A stretch of DNA of 64,000 bases. Origin: Macrostomum hystrix. Lineage: Eukaryota > Animalia > Platyhelminthes. The notes beneath the pieces were generated by a model. It saw only the letters and a program-made list of their open reading frames with translations, was not told the DNA's origin and made no database searches. The stretch is taken from the NCBI GenBank assembly GCA_950097015.1, contig CATNEN010000032.1, positions 1,736,001-1,800,000 of the forward strand, given 5' to 3'. A program made the position numbers and the translations under genes. This document shows, in pieces, positions 36,149-48,000 of the stretch; the stretch's first letter is position 1; every line of letters begins with the position of its first letter.

Positions 36149-39100
36149 TCACTCGTCGCCGACGTCCCCGCTGCTTCCACCGTTGCCTTCGTCGATGCCA
36201 CCGCCGCCGGCCTGCTGCTGGAAGCCGGTGCGGATGGCCCAGGCCGGGGTGCCTGGCGGCACCAGCCGGGAGCTGCGCGCCCCCACATCGCGCCGGCACT
36301 TCTCCAGCTGGACTCGCTGCTTGACCGTGGCGAAGCGGCGCAAAAAGTTGGTGTCTAGCGCGGCCTTGATCTCGCGCACCCGGTCTGACTCCCAGACCAG
36401 CTGCCGGACGCGCAGATTCTCAGATTCGTCTTCCTCATCTGAGGAGGTCATGTCGCGGGTCAGCACCAGGCGGTACTGATCGAGATCGTCCGGCGACAGG
36501 CCAGACAGGAGCGACTCAAACGCCTTCTGTCTGCGGCTCAGCTTCTGCAGGATGGCGAAGGATTGCGGCGAGCTGCTTACTTGATACTTCCAATATCTAC
36601 TCTCCACTCTGATCCCATTCTCCTCTGATCTATTACATTCTCCCGTGATCTATTACACTCTCCCATGATCTATTACATTCTTCCCTGATCTATTACATTC
36701 TCCCATGATCTATTACATTCTTCCCTGATCTATTACATTCTCCCATGATCTATTATATTCTTCCCTGATCTATTACACTCTCCCATGATCTATTACATTC
36801 TTCCCTGATCTATTATTACATTCTCCCTATGATCTATTAAATTCTATCCTGACCTATCCCATTCTATCCTGACCTATCCCATTCTCGCCTAATATATCAT
36901 ATTCTCAGACTCTCACCTACCCTATGCTTCCCCAATCTATATTTTTCTGCCAGATGTTTTGCTTCTAAATTATTAAATAAAGTAATTTTTATTTTTATAC
37001 GTCACATAATACTTCATCAAAGGCCACGCCTTTAAAAAGTTCATAAAAAAGGAAATTCTTAATCTCTATCGCTAATATAAGAAGTTGTTTCGGATTGAAA
37101 AAGCCCAGGTCAATGTAGAACAGTCTCCAATGTTCAGTTAGTAATCTTACACTGTTCCTTCGCAGATACTTCCTGGAATCCTTGCGCCAATTTAACAGCG
37201 TAGTGAAAACACACTTTCGCAGCTCGCCTTCGATCAAGTATCAAGGATTAAGCGGAAAAACATGTCGCGTTAATAACGCTATTCTTTCAACAGAAAAACT
37301 GAAGATTCTACACTTTCACTGAGATTGAAGTATGCCAGGTTGTTTTTTTGCCAATTCCGCTAAACAGAAGCACGGCTTAATCAAGCAGTATTCAAATGTT
37401 TAACTGAACACAAAGTGAAATACCTGTTTGAGCTTGTTGCACCTAGCAGCTGACCTGCGCCTAATGCCAATCCATTTGGTTTCGTTGATAAAATTGTAAC
37501 GACATGCGCCTAGCGTTAATTGTTTGGTTAAAAACACAATAGTGTGAACAATAATGCCGCTGTTCTGTTCTGCATTACACTGACATCTTAAGCCATTGTT
37601 CTAAACGAATTAATGAAGGCTGCAAGCTGCTGCTTTGACGCATTAGAAATTTAGTCTAAACTCAATCACATACCCCATTCCTGCGCTTATACTTTCGACT
37701 GTTGTTCACCCACGAGGCCAGCAGCTTCTTAGTTGAATAGTACAGATTGGAGGCCATGACTGGACAAGTTTTTTAGTAGAGACTGCTAATTAAAGTTCGC
37801 CCGAGAAAACACAATTTAGTTAAAGCATACCTGGCCGAGTGTGAAGGTCTACTTTCATTGCACTTACTCCAAACAGGAAATTGTAGCAAAGCTCAACGGT
37901 ATCGTTGTCTAGGTGGCCACTATTATCAATGGGTCACTCTCTTATCAGCTAGCTACTAATCATTAATGGGTCACTCTCTTATCAGCTAGCCACACATTAT
38001 CAATGGGTCACTCTCTTATCAGCTAGCCACTCATTATCAATGGGTCACTCTCTTATCAGCTAGCCACTCATTATCAATGGGTCACTCTCTTAAGAGGCTA
38101 GCCACTCATCATCAATGGGTCACTCTCTTATCAGCTAGCCACACATTATCAATGGGTCACTCTCTTATCAGCTAGCCACTCATTATCAATGGGTCACTCT
38201 CTTATCAGCTAGCCACACATAATCAATGGTTCACTCTCTTATCAGCTAGCCACTCATCATCAATGGGTCACTCTCTTATCAGCTAGCCACTCATCATCAA
38301 TGGGTCACTCTCTTATCAGCTAGCCACTCATCATCAATGGGTCACTCTCTTATCAGCTAGCCACTCATTATCAATGGGTCACTCTCTTATCAGCTAGCCA
38401 CACATTATCAATGGGTCACTCTCTTATCAGCTAGCCACTAATCATCAATGGGTCACTCTCTTATCAGCTAGCCACTCATCATCAATGGGTCACTCTCTTA
38501 TCAGCTAGCCACTCATCATCAATGGGTCACTCTCTTATCAGCTAGCCACTCATTATCAATGGGTCACTCTCTTATCAGCTAGCCACACATTATCAATGGG
38601 TCACTCTCTTATCAGCTAGCCACTAATCATCAATGGGTCACTCTCTTATCAGCTAGCCACTCATCATCAATGGGTCACTCTCTTATCAGCTAGCCACTCA
38701 TCATCAATGGGTCACTCTCTTATCAGCTAGCCACTCATCATCAATGGGTCACTCTCTTATCAGCTAGCCACTCATTATCAATGGGTCACTCTCTTATCAG
38801 CTAGCCACACATTATCAATGGGTCACTCTCTTATCAGCTAGCCACTCATCAGCAATGGGTCACTCTCTTATCAGCTAGCCGCTAATCATCAATGGGTCAC
38901 TCTCTTATCAGCTAGCCACTAATCAGCAATGGGTCACTCTCTTATCAGCTAGCCACTCATCATCAATGGGTCACTCTCTTATCAGCTAGCCACTCATCAG
39001 CAATGGGTCACTCTCTTATCAGCTAGCCGCTAATCATCAATGGGTCACTCTCTTATCAGCTAGCCACTAATCAGCAATGGGTCACTCTCTTATCAGCTAG

Positions 39101-40613
39101 CCACTCATCATCAATGGGTCACTCTCATACCAATAGGTTCCATTATGCATTAGCGGGTAATTTAGAGTTTCGAGAAAACTTAGATGGTTTAGTTGTGCAT
39201 CTTAGCTGTTTGGGATAAATAGTTGCAGTTAATTGGCTGATTATTTCATAATTGGCAGGTACATGGCGCTAACAGCGCGCAACCTTAACTGAGCACTGCT
39301 TATGCAAAGCAGCCGGTAATTGTTTTAGCAGACTTCAAACTCGAGCAGAAAGAAGAAAACAGTTTTGTTACACAAAAATACACCATGACCCTTGCTACAC
39401 TACTGACAGTAGGCGCACGGAACTATTTATTACCTTTCCAGGTGTCAGGATCGGCGGTGACACCTGAGGCAAGCTGAGCGTGATCGATGACACTCTGTGC
39501 CACAGCTTGATTGGCAGCGTGTTCCCAACTGGCAAATAAAATCACGGGACATCAGGATGATAGTTGAGAGTGCTCAATGCAGACAATTACTCATGTCAAA
39601 AATACTCACGGCTTAGAAAAGTCGAACAGATGAGGGCCATTTCCTCGAAGGTTTTTGTAAGTGTCTTTTAACAGATTCTGCAACAATGCGACAGGGTGCG
39701 TAGTAATTGGTGCAAAGCAGCCAACGAGATATGAGATATTTAACGATTCTGACAGTGGTCCCAGATTTTCCCAGAAGCGCTAATGCATTCAGTACACCCC
39801 TGTAAACAAATCAGCACTGATCCTCATCATCCTCATGATTCGCATTTCCTCAAATTCAAATTATCCAAGCTTCTAAGCGGGTCCCGACTGCCTGCAACTA
39901 ACCCGAATATCGGCACCACCGCACGTAGCAGCGGCGGCGGCGGCGGCGGCAGCGGCAGCGGCGGCAAGCTGCTCGTCGCTGTCAATCATAAGCGAGGAAG
40001 ATCGGGCGCCGCCATGACTCCTGGACTGCCGCTTAGACTGCTGCTGCTGCTGCTGAAAGTGGTGCTGCAGTGGCAAGGCACTGATGTCTAGGCCGGAGAA
40101 GTCGCCGCCGCTCTCATCCTCCAGAATCATGACGCATTCATCACCGCCGCCGCCCTCGTCGTACTGTTCGTCGAATTCGCCGCCACCAGGGCTGAATTTC
40201 TCCTCCTCCTCAGAGGCCAGAGCTTCCGAGACTATGGGCTCGGTTTTCAAATTCGAGCAGTGACGCTTGGCTGGCGGCGGCTCGACAGCCGCGGCGGCTG
40301 CGGCGGCCGACGAGGAAGCGGCTTCAACGTCGCGCAGCAGCATCAGCTGACGGTTGGCTTCGGCTAGCTGGAGCTTCAACTGGCAGGCGGACGGATGCAT
40401 GACGTCAACAAGCTGGTGCTGCAGGTTCTGCACCAACCGCATGGCGGCCAACAGATCGTCTAGCGGCATGCTGTCTAATAGCATGCCAGCGTTGAGCAGG
40501 GTGGACTCAAACAGGGTCAGAGCTGAGAAGCCGCCAGAGCCGGGGCCGCCAGGAAGGGAGGCGGACGGCAGCGCCTGACTGGCTGGGGAGGACTGAATGC
40601 ACGCGGCGGCCAT
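36149..40613 (-). CDS. Paralogue A, C14orf93-like C-terminal region: exons 40613-39903, 39677-39610, 39528-39434, [one cassette exon], 36544-36149
   Basis: Phase-compatible GT-AG junctions (0, 2, 1, then 0 at the last exon). LFESTLLNAGMLLDSM N-terminal domain; LLKDTYKNL..LFDFSKPW; last exon KLSRRQK..MTSSDEE..WES..LD..SSRLVP..PAWA is homologous to B and C. Confidence 0.78.
36615..36900. repeat. 20-bp minisatellite with alternating variants, last intron of paralogue A
   Basis: TGATCTATTACATTCTCCCA alternates with TGATCTATTACATTCTTCCC. Confidence 0.85.
37151..37227 (-). CDS. Paralogue A cassette exon A3 (77 nt): GELRKCVFTTLLNWRKDSRKYLRRNS
   Basis: gaag|GC...AGT|gtaaga; 3n+2; homologous to A1 (W..SRKY.RRN). 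Confidence 0.65.
37424..37509 (-). CDS. Paralogue A cassette exon A2 (86 nt): GACRYNFINETKWIGIRRRSAARCNKLKQ
   Basis: gctag|GC...CAG|gtattt; 3n+2; same length as A1. Confidence 0.55.
37674..37759 (-). CDS. Paralogue A cassette exon A1 (86 nt): VMASNLYYSTKKLLASWVNNSRKYKRRNG
   Basis: tccag|TC...GGG|gtatgt; 3n+2; open. Confidence 0.62.
37918..39125. repeat. 37-bp minisatellite (CAGCTAGCCACTCATCATCAATGGGTCACTCTCTTAT)n
   Basis: About 32 units, intronic in paralogue A. Confidence 0.95.
39250..39316 (-). promoter_or_regulatory. Candidate docking site of paralogue A
   Basis: 120-185 nt into the intron after exon 3; partial complementarity to 37818-37836, 37629-37637 and 37373-37394 upstream of A1, A2 and A3. 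Confidence 0.4.
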
Positions 40614-40779
40614 CGCTCAAAGAAGTATCTGAGAACGCTGGAATGGCAACCAACGACAATTGAAATGATCTCATTTCTCTGGATTTGTAGCTCAAATATA
40701 AATAGAAGACACCTAGAAGCTTCTGACAGGTGGAAGACTTAAAGTATTTTAAAAAAAGATTGCTTCAGAGAGGCGATAT

Positions 40780-43680
40780 TAGAATATTAGACAGTGAGAT
40801 TTGGAGACTAGACACAGGGATTGGAATATTAGACAGTGAGATTTGGAGACTAGACACAGGGATTGGAATATTAGACAGTGAGATTTGGAGATTAGACACA
40901 GGGATTGGAATATTAGACAGTGAGATTTGGAGACTAGACACAGGGATTGGAATATTAGACAGTGAGATTTGGAGACTAGACACAGGGATTGGAATGTTAG
41001 ACAGTGAGATTTGGAGACTAGACACAGGGATTGGAATATTAGACAGTGAGATTTGGAGACTAGACACAGGGATTGGAATATTAGACAGTGAGATTTGGAG
41101 ACTAGACACAGGGATTGGAATATTAGACAGTGAGATTTGGAGACTAGACACAGGGATTGGAATATTAGATAGTGAGATTTGGAGATTAGACACAGGGATT
41201 GGAATATTAGACAGTGAGATTTGGAGACTAGACACAGGGATTGGAATATTAGACAGTGAGATTTGGAGACTAGACACAGGGATTGGAATGTTAGACAGTG
41301 AGATTTGGAGACTAGACACAGGGATTGGAATATTAGACAGTGAGATTTGGAGACTAGACACAGGGATTGGAATATTAGACAGTGAGATTTGGAGACTAGA
41401 CACAGGGATTGGAATATTAGACAGTGAGATTTGGAGATTAGACACAGGGATTGGAATATTAGACAGTGAGATTTGGAGACTAGACACAGGGATTGGAATG
41501 TTAGACAGTGAGATTTGGAGACTAGACACAGGGATTGGAATATTAGACAGTGAGATTTGGAGACTAGACACAGGGATTGGAATACTAGATAGTGAGATTT
41601 AGAGACTAGACACAGGGATTGGAATGTTAGACAGTGAGATTTGGAGATTAGACACAGGGATTGGAATATTAGACAGTGAGATTTGGAGACTAGACACAGG
41701 GATTGGAATATTAGACAGTGAGATTTGGAGATTAGACACAGGGATTGGAATATTAGACAGTGAGATTTGGAGACTAGACACAGGGATTGGAATGTTAGAC
41801 AGTGAGATTTGGAGACTAGACACAGGGATTGGAATATTAGACAGTGAGATTTGGAGACTAGACACAGGGATTGGAATACTAGATAGTGAGATTTAGAGAC
41901 TAGACACAGGGATTGGAATGTTAGACAGTGAGATTTGGAGATTAGACACAGGGATTGGAATATTAGACAGTGAGATTTGGAGACTAGACACAGGGATTGG
42001 AATATTAGACAGTGAGATTTGGAGACTAGACACAGGGATTGGAATATTAGACAGTGAGATTTGGAGACTAGACACAGGGATTGGAATATTAGACAGTGAG
42101 ATTTGGAGACTAGACACAGGGATTGGAATATTAGATAGTGAGATTTGGAGATTAGACACAGGGATTGGAATATTAGACAGTGAGATTTGGAGACTAGACA
42201 CAGGGATTGGAATATTAGACAGTGAGATTTGGAGACTAGACACAGGGATTGGAATGTTAGACAGTGAGATTTGGAGACTAGACACAGGGATTGGAATATT
42301 AGACAGTGAGATTTGGAGACTAGACACAGGGATTGGAATATTAGACAGTGAGATTTGGAGACTAGACACAGGGATTGGAATATTAGACAGTGAGATTTGG
42401 AGATTAGACACAGGGATTGGAATATTAGACAGTGAGATTTGGAGACTAGACACAGGGATTGGAATGTTAGACAGTGAGATTTGGAGACTAGACACAGGGA
42501 TTGGAATATTAGACAGTGAGATTTGGAGACTAGACACAGGGATTGGAATACTAGATAGTGAGATTTAGAGACTAGACACAGGGATTGGAATGTTAGACAG
42601 TGAGATTTGGAGATTAGACACAGGGATTGGAATATTAGATAGTGAGACTTGGAGACTAGACACAGGGATTGGAATATTAGACAGTGAGATTTGGAGATTA
42701 GACACAGGGATTGGAATATTAGATAGTGAGATTTGGAGACTAGACACAGGGATTGGAATATTAGATAGTGAGATTTGGAGACTAGACACAGGGATTGGAA
42801 TGTTAGACAGTGAGATTTGGAGACTAGACACAGGGATTGAAATATTAGACATTGAGATTTGGAGACTAGACACAGGGATTGGAATATTTGATAGTGAAAC
42901 TTGGAGACTAGACACAGGGATTGGAATATTAGATAGTGAGATTTGGAGACTAGACACAGGGATTGGAATACTAGATAGTGAGATTTGGAAACTAGACACA
43001 GGGATTGGAATATTAGACAGTGAGATTTGGAGACTAGACACAGGGATTGGAATACTAGATAGTGAGATTTGGAGACTAGACACAGGGATTGGAATGTTAG
43101 ACAGTGAGATTTAGAGACTAGACACAGGGATTGGAATATTAGACAGTGAGATTTGGAGACTAGACACAGGGATTGGAATATTAGACAGTGAGATTTGGAG
43201 ACTAGACACAGGGATTGGAATATTAGATAGTGAGATTTGGAGACTAGACACAGGGATTGGAATATTAGATAGTGAGATTTGGAGACTAGACACAGGGATT
43301 GGAATACTAGATAGTGAGATTTGGAGACTAGACACAGGGATTGGAATATTAGACAGTGAGATTTGGAGACTAGACACAGGGATTGGAATGTTAGACAGTG
43401 AGATTTGGAGACTAGACACAGGGATTGGAATATTAGACAGTGAGATTTGGAGACTAGACACAGGGATTGGAATATTAGACAGTGAGATTTGGAGACTAGA
43501 CACAGGGATTGGAATATTAGACAGTGAGATTTGGAGACTAGACACAGGGATTGGAATATTAGACAGTGAGATTTGGAGACTAGACACAGGGATTGGAATA
43601 TTAGATAGTGAGATTTGGAGACTAGACACAGGGATTGGATGAGATTTGGAGACTAGACACAGGGATTGGAATATTATTGG
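40780..43680. repeat. 42-bp minisatellite, about 69 units (ATTAGACAGTGAGATTTGGAGACTAGACACAGGGATTGGAAT)
   Basis: Directly visible; intergenic between paralogues B and A. Confidence 0.97.
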
Positions 43681-44199
43681 CAAAGGCAAAATAAAAAACG
43701 GTTTCGTAAATGTTGCAAGAACGCAGAAGTTAAATAATTATGTTTATTTTACTAGCTTTTGATGGCAACAAAATGCAATTCACTTAAATAAAATTAGCAT
43801 AGATTAAGCTAGGGTGATACTTGTTCAGCATTACTACTGAGCCGCATAGAGATCATATGACAAACATTTAAACATTCATATGGTACAACAGCGAATGAAG
43901 AGTGGTGCAGGCGGGTGAACAAATTGAAATGTACTTTTGTAAGTTATATTACTGATGACGGCACAGTTGTAGAAATTTATAAATCGAATCGTTTTAAATC
44001 GAAGCAATTAATAGCCAACAACAATCAGAAACATAAAATGAATGATAAAAAGCACAAATGAATCATTGAAAAATGATTTTTCGCCCTATGTTAGTTGTTC
44101 CGTGCAAAATAGTACCTGTGCACCAAACCAGACGAATTTCTAAACCAGAACTTCTATTAGCCGAATTTACACTTGCCTGACTAAGTCTCTTGATTTGGC

Positions 44200-44910
44200 C
44201 CTGTCATTATCTACCGATTTGAATTACCCAATCTGTCATTATCTACCGATTTGAGTTACCCAATCTGTCATTATCTACCGATTTGAGTTACCCAATCTGT
44301 CATTATCTACCGATTTGAGTTACCCAATCTGTCATTATCTACCGATTTGAGTTACCCAATCTGTCATTATCTACCGATTTGAGTTACCCAATCTGTCATT
44401 ATCTACCGATTTGAGTTACCCAATCTGTCATTATCTACCGATTTGAATTACCCAATCTGTCATTATCTACCGATTTGAGCTACCCAATCTGTCATTATCT
44501 ACTGATTTGAATTACCCAATCTGTCATTATCTACCGATTTGAGTTACCCAATCTGTCATTATCTACCGATTTGAATTACCCAATCTGTCATTATCTACTG
44601 ATTTGAGTTACCCAATCTGTCATTATCTACCGATTTGAGCTACCTAATCTGTCATTATCTACTGATTTGAATTACCCAATCTGTCATTATCTACCGATTT
44701 GAGTTACCCAATCTGTCATTATCTACCGATTTGAGTTACCCAATCTGTCTTTGTCTACTGATTTGAATTACCCAATCTGTCATTATCTACCGATTTGAGC
44801 TACCTAATCTGTCATTATCTACTGATTTGAATTACCCAATCTGTCTTTGTCTACTGATTTGAATTACCCAATCTGTCTTTGTCTACTGATTTGAATTACC
44901 CAATCTGTCA
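44200..44910. repeat. 32-bp minisatellite (CTGTCATTATCTACCGATTTGAGTTACCCAAT)n
   Basis: About 22 units. Confidence 0.95.
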
Positions 44911-45034
44911 TTAAAAATAGTAAAATGACAAATAATTGGAGCAAGAACATACACATGAAATAAAACAAGTGGCAGCGTGGATTTTAAGGACAGCAGCTGC
45001 TGGTAGCTTCAGGGCGGTGACAGTCAAAAAGCTT

Positions 45035-48000
45035 TTACCAAGAGCCTTCTCCACTGCCGGGCATCGATTGTTGCTGATTGGCAGCCGCGCCAGCAGCAGC
45101 AGCAGCAGCGGCGGCGGCCGGCGTCCAGATTGGGTCCCTGGCCCAGGGCACGCACTCTGGCGGCGGCGGCCGCTCCGACTGGCAGGCCGGGTGTCGCTGG
45201 AGGCGAAGGAGCTCGGCTCGCTGCCTCTCGTCGGCAAGGCGTTCGACGAACACGGAGTCCAGGCGCTGCTTCATCCGGCGCAGCTCGTCGCTCTCCCAGG
45301 ACAGGCAGCGAACTCTGGCGGCCTCGGTCGAGTCTAAGTCAGCGCCGGCCTCTTCATCCGAGCTGGTGTAGTCTCTAGTGAGCACACTCTGATAGCGAGC
45401 TCTGGTGGACTCGTCTAGGTCATCTTTGATTGCTTCAAAGCTTTTCTGTCGTCGGTTGAGCTTCTGTTTTGATGTGGCGAGGCGGCAAGTGAACAGAATT
45501 GTGAGTCAATGTTCAGCTGGAAAGATAGATGTCTCGAGAGTACTAGAAAAGGTAAGCATAAGCTATCAGAATGTCTGGGAGATACTAAAGCGACCAGAAT
45601 AGCTGGGAGAGAAATTGAAGCTACCAGAACATTTGGATGATAGATAATATAGAAAATCTAGCTCGTAGCTAATAGAATGTCTTGGAGACACTGAAGCTAC
45701 CAGAGTGTCTTGGAGAGACTGAAGCTACCAGAATGTCTTGGAGACACTGAAGATACCAGAGTGTCTGGGAGACACTGAAGCTACCAGAGTGTCTTGAAGA
45801 GACTGAAGCTACCAGAATGTCTTGGAGACACTGAAGCTACCAGAGCGTCTTGGAGACACTGAAGCTACCAGAATGTCTGGGAGACACTGAAGCTACCAGA
45901 ATGTCTGGGAGACACTGAAGCTACCTGATGTCTTGGAGATATTGAAGCTACCAGAATGTCTGGGAGACACTGAAGCTACCAGAATGTCTGGGAGACACTG
46001 AAGCTACCAGAATGTCTGGGAGACACTGAAGCTACCTGATGTCTTGGAGATATTGAAGCTACCAGAATGTCTGGGAGACACTGAAGCTACCAGAATGTCT
46101 GGGAGACACTGAAGCTACCAGAATGTCTGGGAGACACTGAAGCTACCTGATGTCTTGGAGATATTGAAGCTACCAGAATGTCTGGGAGACACTGAAGCTA
46201 CCAGAATGTCTGGGAGACACTGAAGCTACCAGAATGTCTGGGAGACACTGAAGCTACCAGAATGTCTGGGAGACACTGAAGCTACCAGAATGTCTGGGAG
46301 ACACTGAAGCTACCAGAATGTCTGGGAGACACTGAAGCTACCAGAATGTCTGGGAGACACTGAAGCTACCTGATGTCTTGGAGATATTGAAGCTACCAGA
46401 ATGTCTGGGAGACACTGAAGCTACCAGAATGTCTGGGAGACACTGAAGCTACCAGAATGTCTTGGAGATATTGAAGCTACCAGAATAATGTCTGGGAGAG
46501 AAATTGAAGCTAGTAGAATGTGTGGGGCAGCTCAAATGCCTGTCTGGGTGTCAGTGACCGCGTTACTCACAGTCTGAATGAGTATCATTGAGTTAAACTT
46601 ATTCTTTCTAGACTTGGCAACAAAGTCCCGTCTGAGACGCTGGGTGTACCAGTTGCGCAAGTACTTCACTGACAAAACTGAAAACGGTACAGTGACAGCC
46701 AATGGCAAGGCTAGCTAAACACGTCAATCTTACAATAAAATATTTCAGTTAATCACGATCGAGAGCGACGTTGCAGACCCATGGCGATAGTCTTAACCAA
46801 AGTGTAAGGCAACATTTTCTTTTTTTCTTCTTTGCTTTATTTTGTTATAAAGGCGGAATGCATTCGCGGAAGTGTCTGCTGATGGCGTGTGCTCATTGGG
46901 GTGGGTCTGTTGATGGCGTGTGCTCATTGGGGTGGGTCTGCTGATGGCGTGTGCTCATTGGGGTGGGTCTGTTGATGGCGGGTGTACATCGAGGTGGGAT
47001 CTGTTGATGGCGTGTGTACATCGAGGTGGGATCTGTTGATGGCGTGTGTACAGTGGGGTGGGATCTGTTGATGGCGGGTGTACATTGGGGAGGGATCTAT
47101 TGATGGCGGGTGTACAGTGGGGTGGGATCTGTTGATGGTGGGTGTACATTGGGGAGGGATCTGTTGATGGCGGGAGTACAGTGGGGTGGGATCTGTTGAT
47201 GGCGGGTGTACATCGGGGTGGGATCTGTTGATGGCGGGTGTTCATCGGGGTGGGATCTGTTGATGGCGGGTGTACATCTGGGAGGGATCTGTTGATGGCG
47301 GGTGTACATCGGGGTGGGATCTGTTGATGGCGGGTGTTCATCGGGGTGGGATCTGTTGATGGCGGGTGTACATTGGGGTGGGATCTGTTGATGGCGGGTG
47401 TTCATTGGGGTGGAGTCATTGGAAAGCAGGGTGTACACTCGGGTGGGTCTGTTGATGGCGGGTGTACATCTGGGAGGGATCTGTTGATGGCGGGTGTTCA
47501 TTCGGGTGGAGTCATTGGAAAGCAGGGTGTACACTCGGGTGGGTCTGTTGATGGCGGGTGTACATCTGGGAGGGATCTGTTGATGGCGGGTGTTCATTGG
47601 GGTGGGATCTGTTGATGGCGGGTGTTCATTGGGGTGGAGTCATTGGAAAGCAGGGTGTACACTCGGGTGGGTCTGTTGATGGCGGGTGTACATCTGGGAG
47701 GGATCTGTTGATGGCGGGTGTTCATTGGGGTGGAGTCATTGGAAAGCAGGGTGTACACTCGGGTGGGTCTGTTGATGGCGGGTGTACATTGGGGTGGATT
47801 CAGTTGAAGGCAGGGTTGTACACTGCGAATAATACATGTTTACATCAGAAATAAAGCACTCACGGACTGAACGAAAATCAATGAATTGAGCCTATTTTGT
47901 CTGGCTTTGGATTGGAAATCGCGCTTTAGATTTTGGCTGTACCAATTGCGCATGTACTTTCCAGCATTTGCTGAAACAAGTGTGACAAAATAATCTCTTC

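Noticed and set aside
39131-39205. Extra cassette exon in paralogue A (acag|CTAAGATG...TTG|gtatga)
   Set aside because: Starts like B2 but is 75 nt with in-frame stops; at most a decayed pseudo-exon
40730-43689. Repeat-protein ORFs (LDSEIWRLDTGIGI)n and (SSLQISLSNIPIPV)n
   Set aside because: A 42-bp minisatellite open on both strands and broken by TAG variants; intergenic
46790-46880. Possible tenth cassette in B (TSANAFRLYNKIKQRR)
   Set aside because: No phase-0 donor, hits a stop, and overlaps the B9 selector region and repeat edge
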